From the NCBI RefSeq assembly GCF_025526975.1, contig NW_026515671.1, forward strand, positions 496,001-560,000: a DNA stretch of 64,000 bases, in the 5' to 3' direction. The position numbers and the translations under genes were made by a program. Each line of letters opens with the position of its first letter. The stretch's first letter is position 1. Under the pieces are notes generated by a model. The model was given only the letters and a program-made list of their open reading frames with translations, did no database searches and was not told where the DNA came from. The DNA is from Fimicolochytrium jonesii. Its lineage: Eukaryota. Below are positions 9,221 to 20,546 of this stretch, one piece after another.

Positions 9221-10076
9221 TCATGTCTGCATCGGCACTGGGGTATTGTTGACATCGCTATCCTGCGCCATATAGTCGTCCAATTCCGAATTGAGTTTGT
9301 CGACCGCGTAGTTTTTGTTCTTGAGCATGTACGCATCCAGCTCCTTGTCGAGCGCGTCAGCGCTGGACGGTTTTCCGCTCCTGAGAGCCCCACGGCCACG
9401 GCCACGTAAGATGCCGCCTCGTCGACCGCCTCGACCTACACCCGTGCCTCGACCGACACCCACGCCTCTAGACCCCCTTACAAATCCGCGGCCGCCCCGC
9501 GCAAACCCTCGGGCTCCAGCCCCAGCTTTGCCAATCGCACCGCCTCGGACCGTGGTTCCAGCAAAAACTCCACCCGCGACACCTGAACCCGCCGCCGCCC
9601 CGCCTCGGAATCGACCGCCGCGTGTGTGCACGCCGCGGAAGAGGCCGCCTCCGTGTGCCCCGCCAAGTGGTCTTGCTGCTCGAGGAGCTGTTCTGAAACC
9701 GCCGCCGACGTGCTGTAAGCGGGCGCCGATGGGTGCGACGGCGCCGCCGCCGCCACCGCGAGGTGTGGACTTTGACCAAGATGCATGTAGCCTGGTAAAT
9801 CTGTTTTATTGTGCGTGGCGGTTTGGGAAAGGAAGGCGAAAATGGTGATGCAGGGGTGAGAATTGTGCGACTCGATTGAAACCGTAAGCGGAGATCTCAA
9901 GCCATCTCTGCCACCGACAAAGGACGTAGAAACATGGTTCCAGCGGAAGTGGAAACGGACCTATCAGAAAGCGACGTAGGAGGTTTGACCGCGCTCGCCG
10001 GTTGCGCATCGTTTGTGAAGACGACTCGGCGCTCCGCTGCGCCATTCGTTGCGGGAACTGCGTTCAGTTTTGCCAT
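9221..10076 (-). CDS. CHTOP/Friend of PRMT1-like RGG protein; 2 exons (10076-9961, 9800-9221)
   Basis: Spliced SLSDRFTRL motif, RGG-rich middle, and the duplicated C-terminal LDKELDAYM / LNSELDDYM (FoP duplication). Confidence 0.85.
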
Positions 10077-11776
10077 GATCTTCGAGAGGACGGCGTGAAG
10101 GTCTTACGACTCTTGGAGGGAGAGGTTACAGAGGTTAGCATGCATCGTTTGCCAGTATTCTTGCTATGGTCGGGTACGGTGAACTCGACAGCTCGGGAAC
10201 GGGACGGACGTAAGTTTCACGCTGCGAGGCGGGAACTTACCAAGTGATAAGGGTTTTGCAGGCTCGGCAACAGCGTGCGAGCAACGAGACTGATGACAGA
10301 TACCGCCTCAACCCGTTTGGATAGATATGAGTGTCCGTACGTGCGAGCGATAAGAGTCCAGGTTGGTGAGATTAGTGCTGTCCAGCAAGGTCGGAACGGG
10401 GTGTTGAACGGGGAAGTCGCTTCGCCCCATTATCGCTTGGAATCACGCGTGGAGAACCAGGTCACATGACCGCTTCACTTGAATAAAACGGGTTTCTTTC
10501 CGGCGCTTGTTCTTCACATCGCTTCCACATCCGGAGCTGGAGACCAGGGAGACCTTGCACTTGCCCAGTCCTGATCCTCTAACTGACCCGTGGCCCGTAC
10601 AAGTAAGGTCCCAATTATGCTCTGGCGTTCTTACTAAAGCCTCAACAAGACGTTTTCTGCTGAAATCTTGGAGGTTGCAGGGCCACGCGCCATCAGGGAC
10701 TGTTTCGGGACAAGGAGGATAGCGACCATGTGTCGCACCGTTTTTTACTGTGGGAAGACGATGTTGCGACTGGCATTTGCAGATACCCTTCAGTCTTTGA
10801 GCTGCGTAGAATCGACGACATGGAATCGTGTCTGGAACATCAGAACTGGTACTTCCTTGATTTCGTCCATGTTCTTTACGATTTGAACAGTTGAGTAGCT
10901 TCAATACGCTGAGCTTTGTTCACGACTCTATAGATCGCGGAAGTTGAGGACGCAGAAGGACGTGTATCGATTTCCATGGAGTGGGTTGAAAGATCGAGAC
11001 TGGGGGAGATCGTGACATCTTGACTTTCCTTCAGATGAGAAGCAGAGTAAGGAGTATGTACGCTTGCCACGTACAGTACTCTGTACACACAAGAAAGCCT
11101 CTTCCCACTCAGCTTGTGTGGAAGCGGTTGGAGACTTGGGCGGATGGATATCCACGTTCAAAGCCGCTGGAACGAGGCGGATGACGGGTGCCGGACACGA
11201 TGTAAGAATTTTGACACCCGAAGTTCCAACGGCGAACGCCGGCCCGACCGCCCCAACCATCGATCCACCGCAACGGACGGCGGTCGATGTCAAGGTAGGA
11301 GAGCAGACATCCAACGATGGATTCGGGGGATTCGGGGCTTCACAAAATGCTTTTGTCCGTTTGACGGTTTGACAGACGCGTTCCGCAACCCGCGGCTTGG
11401 CGGAGCTTAGCCTCATTCATATCACCATGCATGAGTCAGGTCGGTGTAGTCCTTATAAGGTGAGGGTAAATCCCCTCGTCATCAAATTCTCCCCTCGCTC
11501 CGTCTCTTGGCGCCCAACTCGCACTCCCTGAACTCGCGAGGGACAAATGATGTAAGAAACCCTCTCCACAACACAAACCCCCCAAAAACAGTTATAGAGA
11601 AAACACAAAGGACCGCCCACCGACATTCCCCTTCTTCCTGCCAGTGATATCTGTCAACCGGCGACTGCCCGTCACACCATCATCCTCGTGAGCAAATAGT
11701 CGCACGTCAGTACGAACGACACCTGTCGAGGAAGCAAAATATCACTTCCAACGTTCAACAAAAGGAAGCTCACCCC

Positions 11777-13309
11777 ATGGACGAAGTCAGTTATCCCCAA
11801 CAAGCGGCAGTAGCTGCGGAAGCACGGGACTCCGAACACTCCGAAAGAGCCTCCTTGAACCAAGCGTCGCAGAAAACGTCAAACACATCCGGGGTTGCTA
11901 GATCGTCGTCACAGAAACGCTCACGGCTTTGGAAGACTCCCGCAGCACTGGCTGCCCGCCGACGGAGCACCAAGAAGAGGAGAACAACGACAGCGATCCC
12001 AACAATCATGACGACGCTGCCGTCGCTTAGTCGCGGTCGGACTAGAACCCTCCGGAAGGGGACCTCCTTGGCAGCTTCCCATGACTCCCTCGCACAACAA
12101 GACCCTCTACTCGAATACACACGAAACCTCTCGCAACATTCTCAGCACAGTTGCAGTCCAGGCGGCAAACGGAAAAATGCCTACCACCACCCGGCATTGC
12201 AACGCACAAATTCGCAGTCCTCTCTTTGGTCGGATGCTACATCCGGTTCGGATGAAGACGACCGCCGAGAACATCTCGAAGTTCGCTCGAATGAAAGTTG
12301 GAGCAAGAACCTTTATGGGCAGGAGGAAATCGACCTGGTGGATGCATACGCAGATGAGGCTTTTGAAGGGACCGACTCCATCGGCGGACTACCTGCCCTC
12401 CCCTCACTGAAGCCACCTCGCAAAGTGCGGAATCGTCGATCGATCATGCTGCTGGACGAGGTCATCGGGGATGTGATTTCCTTCAAGGAGGATGTTGGAT
12501 ACGACCCTACACTTGGGCGGTATGGGAAGCACAGGTCGCACCCTGTCTACCCTGTCTATCTAGAAGACGACGCCGTGCGTGTCAAACCCAATATTTCCGT
12601 GACGGATCTGTCGTACCGTCGGTCGTTCGAGTTTGGAGATGAGGCGGCCAAAACGGGTGTGATGACCCAACTTCCTCCCCGCGCACAATCGCTCGCGCCT
12701 ACAGAGACCTCATCTGAAAATGTCTCGCTGCCAGAAGACCGATCCGTCGCCGCAACACCACCACATTTCGGAAAGACCCCCGACGTTCCAACCCTCCTCA
12801 CACCACCCGCAAGCCCCAAACGCGACAGCCAGGACCCCCTCTCAACCGCCGCACACGTCACACCGGTAGTCGTAGTCGACTCAGAACCGCTCCGCGACCT
12901 CGACTCCGCCTACAGCTCGCTCGACAGGAAAGCTCGTGAACAGAAACGTCGCTCGTCCGGCGCAACCCACTCTTCTGACGATGCGTACACGCCCTCAACC
13001 GTTTCCGATGACCAACCGCCCGCTACCACCATCCAACAACCCGTCACCACTTCCCTCGAGCTCCCTAACAACACCAGCGTCGTGGGCTTGGATAGGATGT
13101 ACCGGCCGCCCATCGGACCTCGCTCGAGCTCCACGAGCATCAACGAGGGCGGCCCGGGCGTTACGAACCCCGCCGCGGCTGCCGCCGCAAAATCGAAAGC
13201 GGCAGCTGCGAAGGCCAGCACGAAGAAGGAGACAAAGGCGAATAGCCAACAGAAGGGGTTCAAGCGGTTTTTCCGACGTATGAGCAGGGCGTTTCATCAC
13301 AAGGTGTGA
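11777..13309 (+). CDS. Hypothetical 510-aa S/T/P-rich, largely disordered protein
   Basis: Long uninterrupted ORF with a basic amphipathic C-terminus (GFKRFFRRMSRAF); no family recognised. Confidence 0.7.
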   Translation: MDEVSYPQQAAVAAEARDSEHSERASLNQASQKTSNTSGVARSSSQKRSRLWKTPAALAARRRSTKKRRTTTAIPTIMTTLPSLSRGRTRTLRKGTSLAASHDSLAQQDPLLEYTRNLSQHSQHSCSPGGKRKNAYHHPALQRTNSQSSLWSDATSGSDEDDRREHLEVRSNESWSKNLYGQEEIDLVDAYADEAFEGTDSIGGLPALPSLKPPRKVRNRRSIMLLDEVIGDVISFKEDVGYDPTLGRYGKHRSHPVYPVYLEDDAVRVKPNISVTDLSYRRSFEFGDEAAKTGVMTQLPPRAQSLAPTETSSENVSLPEDRSVAATPPHFGKTPDVPTLLTPPASPKRDSQDPLSTAAHVTPVVVVDSEPLRDLDSAYSSLDRKAREQKRRSSGATHSSDDAYTPSTVSDDQPPATTIQQPVTTSLELPNNTSVVGLDRMYRPPIGPRSSSTSINEGGPGVTNPAAAAAAKSKAAAAKASTKKETKANSQQKGFKRFFRRMSRAFHHKV

Positions 13310-15320
13310 TTCAATGGGATGTTCACCATCGTCACACCCTCGCTGGCCATTAGCGATCCCGCTTCAGTTTTTTGGAGGTCGCTTTCTATCCCTCTTTCCA
13401 TTTTCCCTTTCTTGCATCATTCCCCACCTCTGTATACCTCTATATCGTGCGTAGTTCCCATCGTCTTTCCCAACAACAGTTGTACCATCAGTTTTGTTCT
13501 CATTCATCCCTTCAACGAGTTCTTTCGTTTCTATAAATAGTTTTTGAGGAATGTGTTATCGACCTGTTTGGTTTTACGAAGTAACTGTGCGTGGTATTTT
13601 TGCCGCTCCATGTCGATTTGCGTGCGATCTGAGATGGTAGCTGGTGATAAGAGGGAGGGAAGGCAACCAATCCCAGAGCTCCAGCAACTGAGCCGAGAGA
13701 TGACCGATATGTATTCCCAAACGAATGTTCCAAAGCGAAAACTGTTGTTTGCGAGTTTACTGCATGTGCGGTGATCGGACATCCTGAAAGTTCTACGAGT
13801 TGGACGACCTATCCGTGACCTGCGAGCATCAATCGGCAGAAGGATGGGCGGTGCGACGCTGTAGGCCATCAAAATAAAGTCAGAAGCAGCCGTGAGTGCT
13901 AAGTGAATGTACTCTAACTTCACCTACATCAATGTAAGTTTCAGTGGCTTCGGTCCTTGACACTTGTTACTTATATCCAGATATACTCGAAGCGCCTCGC
14001 AATGCTTTTTGTCGAAGATGCCGTTGTGTGTTTCACGTGGGCTAGCCTCATGGGAGAGCATCCGGAAACTGCGTGGACCTCCCCGCCATCATGGCCCGCT
14101 GGCATCACCATCTGTGCTTGCCGCGTCGTAATTGCGAAGTCGTTCATGATATTCAATCTGAAGTTTGTGAATCCCTGTCGGATGCGATGAGATCTAGTAT
14201 ACTCATTGTACGGATGTGTTCCTGTGAGATGTTTCTGTGAGCTGCTTCTCGCTCTTCCCGCACGTTTGCATCGGTGGAACTTCTCTATGTGCCGCAGGCG
14301 TTTCTGGCGACCTAGCGCTGGCCATGTCTCTCAAGTTCCCACGTGGATTAGGTCCGTCGTTTTTCCTCTACTATTACTTGTGACCGCTTTCTGCTCTCAT
14401 TCCGGCCCCCCTCCCTTCGTAGCCTTAGTTGGTCAATATCGGTCTTGCCGCCTTTTCCGATTCGTGCGCCTGGGGCATCGGTCGGGCTCCTCAGATGGAA
14501 CCTCCGCTGCTCAGGACCTCAAACGCTTCTCCTGCGCTGTTCTTCCAATGCCTGCGAAAGTCGAAACCAAACGTATCCCATCCTCCGACACTGTCACGGA
14601 ACCCCAACCTCAGTTGGGTGTGTTCTGGGTGCGTACATTGCGTCTTCAATGTCCGGCAGATGCCTGCAGGTCTGTCCCAAAAGCACGAGGCTGGGAAAAC
14701 GGATTGTTTGCCCATTGTCGAAACGGCGTCCGGAAGGAGTGAGCGGCTCACGTAAGCAGTCACAGTCGGACTTGTGGAACGCGTTCGGAACTCGCTCTCC
14801 GTGCACACTCCTTGCACACATATCCTGGTAGACAAACCGCCGCATTGTCTCCTTCCTCAAGTACTCCTAAGTGAAGCAAACCCACAGCGGGGGAACAACA
14901 ACCTAGCATTGTTGGGCATGTGCGAAAGTCCTTACACTTTTTGACGATGAGACTCTCAAGTATCCTGCCCCGAGTGGGTAGGGTTCCGGCGGGGTTACAA
15001 AGTAATCATATGGCGCGCAGGAGGACAACAGCATCGTCGTGGTGTCCACTAGGATGCTGGCCTGAGAGGGACTTTTGCGAAATTACAATAATGCCACGGA
15101 GGAATGTTTTCAGAGAACGATATTCGACTGTTTGTTTCCTTTTCTTTCGACTCGCATGGAATGGCTGAAATATTTTATAGCCGGCCGAGGTTCATTTAAG
15201 CCGACCGCACAGATGCGGACTTCTCTCCCGTTTCCTCATCAAAGAAACAACAACATCTTTCCTTAACGCTTTGACCTCTGTCTCTCTCTATCAAGCCTTC
15301 AAACCAATCGCATCGCAAGC

Positions 15321-16355
15321 ATGAAGTTCAGTCTCGCTTTCGCCGCATTCTGCGCCCTGACCGTCCAGCAGGTCGCCGCCCACGGTGCCATCATCGCCTA
15401 CGAGGGTGTTTCCGGAACAAAAGGTCGTGCTCTCGGTATCGACGTGAACACCCCCCGTGACGGCAGAGGACGCAACCCTTTCCAGCAAGACACCGCCATT
15501 ATCCGCGACCGCGATATTGCCTCCGGACGTGCCGGCGCATGTGGGAGGACGTTGGGTGGTGGTAACATCGACATTCCCGCGGGCATCGCCGGTCTGACCC
15601 AAGAGCTCGGCACTCTCCCGGAAGTCGCCGCCGGCCAACCCATGACGATCACCGTCCACCAAATCAACGGCGACGGCGCTGGTCCTTACACTTGTGAGGT
15701 CGATCAAACAGGAACCGGTGAAAACTTCCAGGAGGCGACGGTTACCACCAACTTGCCTGGTCGTCGTGGAAACAACCGCGCGACGTCCCTCACCGATCAG
15801 CCTCTCGTCGTCAACATGCCCGCCAACCTCGCGTGCACGGGTGGTGCTGCTAAAAACGTGTGCCTTGTCCGATGCCGAAACCCCGCACGCGCCGGTCCAT
15901 TCGGTGGATGCATGCCTGTCCAGCAAGCCGGCGCTGTCGCCGCTCAACCCGCTGCTGCTCCCGCTCCCGCTGCCGGTGTCGAAGTCGCTGCCGCGGGCGC
16001 TGACGCTGCCGGTGTCGAAGTCGCTGCCGCGGGCGCTGACGCTGCCGGTGTTGAGGTCGCTGGTGCCGGGGTCCCCGGGGCCGGTGTCGAAGTCGCTGGT
16101 GCCGGTATCCCTGCCGGTGTTGAAGTGGCTGGTGCCGGTTTCCCCGCCGGTACTATCGATATCCCCGCCTCGGAACTCCCAGCTGCGCTGGCTTCCCGTG
16201 AAGTCGAAGAGGAGGAGGAAGACGACCACGAGGTTTTCGCCCGTGAAGCCGAAGAAGAGGACGAGGAGGAAGACGACCACGACCTGTCGGCCCGTGCCCG
16301 TGAAGCCGAGGATGACCATGAGGAAGAGGCCGAGGATGCCGATGACGACAACTAG
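15321..16355 (+). CDS. Secreted Egh16/GAS1-like (DUF3129) protein with Ala/Gly/Val repeats and an acidic repeat tail
   Basis: Signal peptide followed by HG start; TPRDG..RNPFQQDTAII, CGRTLGGG, TVHQINGDGAGPYTC and CLVRCRNPARAGPFGGC are hallmark motifs. Strong codon bias. Confidence 0.9.
   Translation: MKFSLAFAAFCALTVQQVAAHGAIIAYEGVSGTKGRALGIDVNTPRDGRGRNPFQQDTAIIRDRDIASGRAGACGRTLGGGNIDIPAGIAGLTQELGTLPEVAAGQPMTITVHQINGDGAGPYTCEVDQTGTGENFQEATVTTNLPGRRGNNRATSLTDQPLVVNMPANLACTGGAAKNVCLVRCRNPARAGPFGGCMPVQQAGAVAAQPAAAPAPAAGVEVAAAGADAAGVEVAAAGADAAGVEVAGAGVPGAGVEVAGAGIPAGVEVAGAGFPAGTIDIPASELPAALASREVEEEEEDDHEVFAREAEEEDEEEDDHDLSARAREAEDDHEEEAEDADDDN
15969..16150 (+). repeat. Coding tandem repeat (33-36 nt units, AGVEVA(A/G)AG)
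   Basis: GCTGCCGGTGTCGAAGTCGCTGCCGCGGGCGCTGAC occurs twice exactly, followed by three degenerate units. Confidence 0.85.
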
Positions 16356-17213
16356 GCCGTGACATCAGCTGTTTTGGCTGTCCTTCTTTTTTTTCAACCA
16401 TCCCTTCATTGCCGCCTGCACATAACTTCCCTTTCCGAAATGTCATTTCTTCAAGGAATGTTGTACATACCTCACACCCAATCCGTTCAAAGGACCTATT
16501 GTATAGACGAAAGAAAACAGTGTAAATAGAACCATTGAAAAAAACACCCTTGGCCCATGTGACGCATATTGCGATAAACTACTTCGAGTTGCGAGATTGT
16601 CACCCACCTACACTTGGGAGATAGCTTTCGAGCCACTTCAATCAAATCATTGCTCTAAGCTCCATGCTGATAAACGATCGTGCCTGTCATCACGCTTGCT
16701 TGGAGCGGCCGTTCGTGCTAGGAAACGCCGAGCCGGATGACCCAAAAAGCCCCTGCACGATGAAAGTACAGTATTCGGTGTCGACCACGTCCTGGACTGG
16801 CTCACGCAACAAGGCCGACAAGCCTACGTCTGATGACCAAGGCCACGACCAGGCCAGGACCTTCTCCTGTGTGGCTCGCCAACACCAGATCCAGTCTCGC
16901 CGGCCACTGTCGGGAAGAGGTCGACGGTTTGCCAAATATCTGCAGGTCAAGCGAGATTTGGTGAGTCATAGGCAGAGAGGTGACGCTGCGTCAAGCCCAA
17001 ACGTCAACGGTCAGCTCAACTTCCCACAACGTCCAACCATTCACCGTCCCTCCACCATATATACAACTGTATAAGTGGGCTTCTCGAACACCGCAGACGG
17101 CAAGGTTCCGGTTTCCCTCAGCGTGATCTCTGTCAGCCATCACAGTCGCGGGACCATCTCGACACATAAGCGACATCAATTTATCTCGGTCTTCATCCTT
17201 CCACCGTACCGCA

Positions 17214-18742
17214 ATGGCAGTAAGTCTTGGGCATATGGTAAACCCTGCGCGAGAGAGGGTTTGTCTTCCTTCTCTTTAGCAAAAAGCTAACAGACGCCAT
17301 TTCCATCCCTTTCGCCCTCCAGAGTCTCTTTGGCCTTGGTTCCTCAGCCGACATCGAAGTCGTTCTCGCTGGCGAAGATCAACGCAAACTGGTCGAAGTC
17401 AAAATAGATAAAGATAAGAAGGCGAAATATCCACTTTACTTTGATGGAGAGAGCGTTAGCGGGAAGGTATGGGGACGTGATCATAGGAGTGGCATGAGAG
17501 GGTTTTCGGTGAATGGGGAGAGCGCTGACATTAGCAATCTTGGCGTTTCGCCCAAAAGGTTCAAGTGCGTGTGCGGGATGGAAAGAAGGTTGAGCATCAG
17601 GGGATCAAGATCGAGTGGGTTGGACATATAGGTAGGGTATCGCATCTGCCTCACGAAGGTCTCACTTGCTAGACGAGACTTCGAGATCTGATTCATGTCG
17701 CTTGCATCACCTGTAGAGTTGTTCTACGATCGGGGGAATCACTATGAATTCTCATCCCTGGCGCAAGAACTCGCTGCTCCCGGAGAGCTAAGGTCGAGCG
17801 CCACGTATGACTTTGAATTTAAGAACGTGGAGAAGCAGTACGAAAGCTACTTTGGAATCAATGTGAAACTGAGGTATGCTTTCGGATTTGTTGCGAGAAG
17901 GATAGGGCATATCGCTGACATGTGAGCAGATACTTTGTCCGTGTAACGGTCTCGCGGCGAATCTCAGATATCATAAAAGAGAAGGACGTGTTTGTGCACT
18001 CGTACCGCATACCACCAGAAGTGAATAATTCTATCAAGATGGAGGTTGGAATCGAGGACTGTTTGCATATTGAGTTCGAGTACAACAAATCAAAGTATGT
18101 TTGTGAAAACGAAGTGCGGGATCATGGCTGCTTGAAACGTACACGGCGCTGACTCGAGTCCCCTTGATTCCTCAAGGTACCACCTCCGCGACGTCATAGT
18201 CGGCAAGATCTATTTCCTCCTCGTCCGCATTAAAATCAAGTACATGGAGCTCTCCATTATCCGCCGCGAAACAACTGGCGCAGCCCCAAATCAATACAAC
18301 GAATCGGAAACCGTCACCAAATTCGAAATCATGGACGGTGCCCCCGTGCGTGGCGAAACCATTCCCATCCGCCTTTTCCTCAGTGGGTTTGAGTTGACGC
18401 CGACGTACCGTGATGTGAATAAGAAGTTCTCGACGAGATACTATCTGAATCTCGTGCTTGTGGATGAGGAGAATCGGCGGTATTTCAAGCAGCAGGAGGT
18501 ACGTTGACGAATTATGGGGATGGAGCTTTCCGGGATTGTGGAGAGGCTGATCCCGTCTCTTCGGCTCTCGCAGATAACGCTATATCGCCTGAAGGATGAC
18601 TCGGAAGAGTATGTTGCAACCATCATAATTCGTTTCTCGAAGTTCGTCTTACTCACCATTTCCAATCACTCCCAATAGGCACAACGAGATAGCAGGCGGA
18701 GCATCAGCCGCTGGATTGAGCACATACACTGGAAGGAAATGA
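17214..18742 (+). CDS. VPS26: Retromer subunit VPS26 (multi-exon)
   Basis: MASLFGLG start across an intron; ELFYDRGNHYEF, FEFKNVEKQYESY, IKMEVGIEDCLHIEFEYNKSKY, FEIMDGAPVRGETIPIRLFL, RRYFKQQE. Confidence 0.95.
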
Positions 18743-19355
18743 GCCAATGCATTGCCACGCTGTCATCATCCATGTGTCTTGAACTGCCCCGTCGGCATTA
18801 TTCACCAATTTCCTTGTCCCAATGTACAAAGTAAACCCTCCTCCGCATACGCTGCAACGCACTCTCTCTGTGTATATCGCGAGTCTTGGTATCTCACCAA
18901 TCTTCGCCGTCCTCGACTTCTCCGTTCACCATGTACAATAGCCCCCCTTCATTCCAAAAAGGAACCACTTCCGTGGCCATCATCGCTCTCGCGGGAATCA
19001 GAAATCGTGAGGCGGATATGTGTGTATTTGTGTGCGCTGCCAAGGATCGCGAGCCTCCCAAAGCATGATCTATTCTATTCATTGTAAAGGTGACCATGAA
19101 TCGCGATGAATATGGTGCCGAAGCTTCCCACGGAAGCGTGAGGTGAGCCCGAGTCGCGTGACGCCGGCTCACTTTGACGCTTGGTGATATCTTCAGACTC
19201 GCCCTCTCCGCACAGCCGTCGAAGCTGCCGACCGATGGCCCATCCGGCCCCACGCTTCGATCCCGAACCCATCATCAAACCCTCTACGTCGGAGCGGCAT
19301 CCTCCACCTCACAAATTCCTCCCGGACCAAAGCTGAACCCGTCGCAGCCATCTAT

Positions 19356-19929
19356 CTACAGCACCCGAGGCAAAACACGTAGGATCGATTTCGCAAACGA
19401 GAGTGGCGATGCCCGTGTTGGTGGTAATGGGACTGGTGTTTGTGCGAGTGGGGATCGGGATGTGCTGTTGGAAGGAGATTCAAACTTAGTCATCCAAACG
19501 AGCATCGCTCCAAGCGCAACACAACCGAACCACTCCTCCACAACAACCCAAATTAACCTACCATGAGGTAAAATCCCTAACCCATCTCCCATTCAGCTTC
19601 TTCGCCGTCCTCCGATTCGTGTGTGTCCTCTGCCCATTCACCGGCAACATCGCCTTATGCCTCGCACCCCTATACCGCCCCGTCTGCACCATCACGCCCA
19701 CCCGCGCCTTGGTTTCCCGCTTCAGCTCCGCATCGATCGTCATGGTGTTGAGTAGCGCGGAGAGTTTCGTGACTTTGTCTTCGGCGAGGTCGGAGAGTCG
19801 GCACCGTGGGTGGATCCCGAGTTTGTGGCAAACGGTGGCGGAGGTGTGCGGCCCGACGCCGTAGATTTGTTGGAGGGCTATTGGGACAGGTTTGTGGTCG
19901 GGGAGGTTGACGCCGAGGAGGTAGAGCAT
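19356..19929 (-). CDS. SWS2: Mitochondrial ribosomal protein uS13m; probable intron 19465-19561 (unspliced stop at 19558)
   Basis: LLGVNLPDHKPVPIALQQIYGVG...YRGARHKAMLPVNGQRTHTNRRTAKKLN is the S13 signature. Confidence 0.9.
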
Positions 19930-20546
19930 GGTGAGAGAGTTATCGACTGAATGGAAACTTGAGGTCCCGTACGATGTACTCTCGACTTCCGGCTTTTCTA
20001 AAGTTGGACGAACCTCCGGTAATACCAACAGGACGTTCAAAAGTCTTTCGGGGGTGTTTGCAATTGGCGAGATCTCAATAAAATCGTCGGTCGCTGCCAG
20101 GGTCGCTGCTGCTCAGCAAACTTGGATTCCCCGGATCACGTGCTAATGACATCGTTCGATTTAAAAGTAAAAATGAAGTCAGTTTGCGAGATGATTCGGG
20201 TATATTGAGGACCGTTCGTATTTACAAGCTACACAAGCTACAGAATATTCTACAGATACGCCGTGGTGGTATCAAGGCTTCTACGGAGCTTTGCTGAGGA
20301 CCAGGCGGCGCGCGGGGGTTGATATGACAGTAAAAGGCCGAAGGCAGGATGGGAATATCTGCAGCGATCCCGTGCGCTTGCCTTGCAAAAGCGCTGGCGA
20401 TGAAGAGTTCGCGATGGCTTCCTTCTGACCGGGTGCCCTGCCAAGGTCTTTGGTTGGCTCGAGATAGGATGCTAATAGAGGTGTCCTTCATTAGCCTTCG
20501 GGAGAGGGTAGTCGTCAGGATGTGCCTGATTGGCGTATGGGTTCAG

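Noticed and set aside
13531..14190. Minus-strand ORFs joined by an intron-like gap
   Set aside because: No recognisable motifs or coding-like composition; cannot support a gene call.
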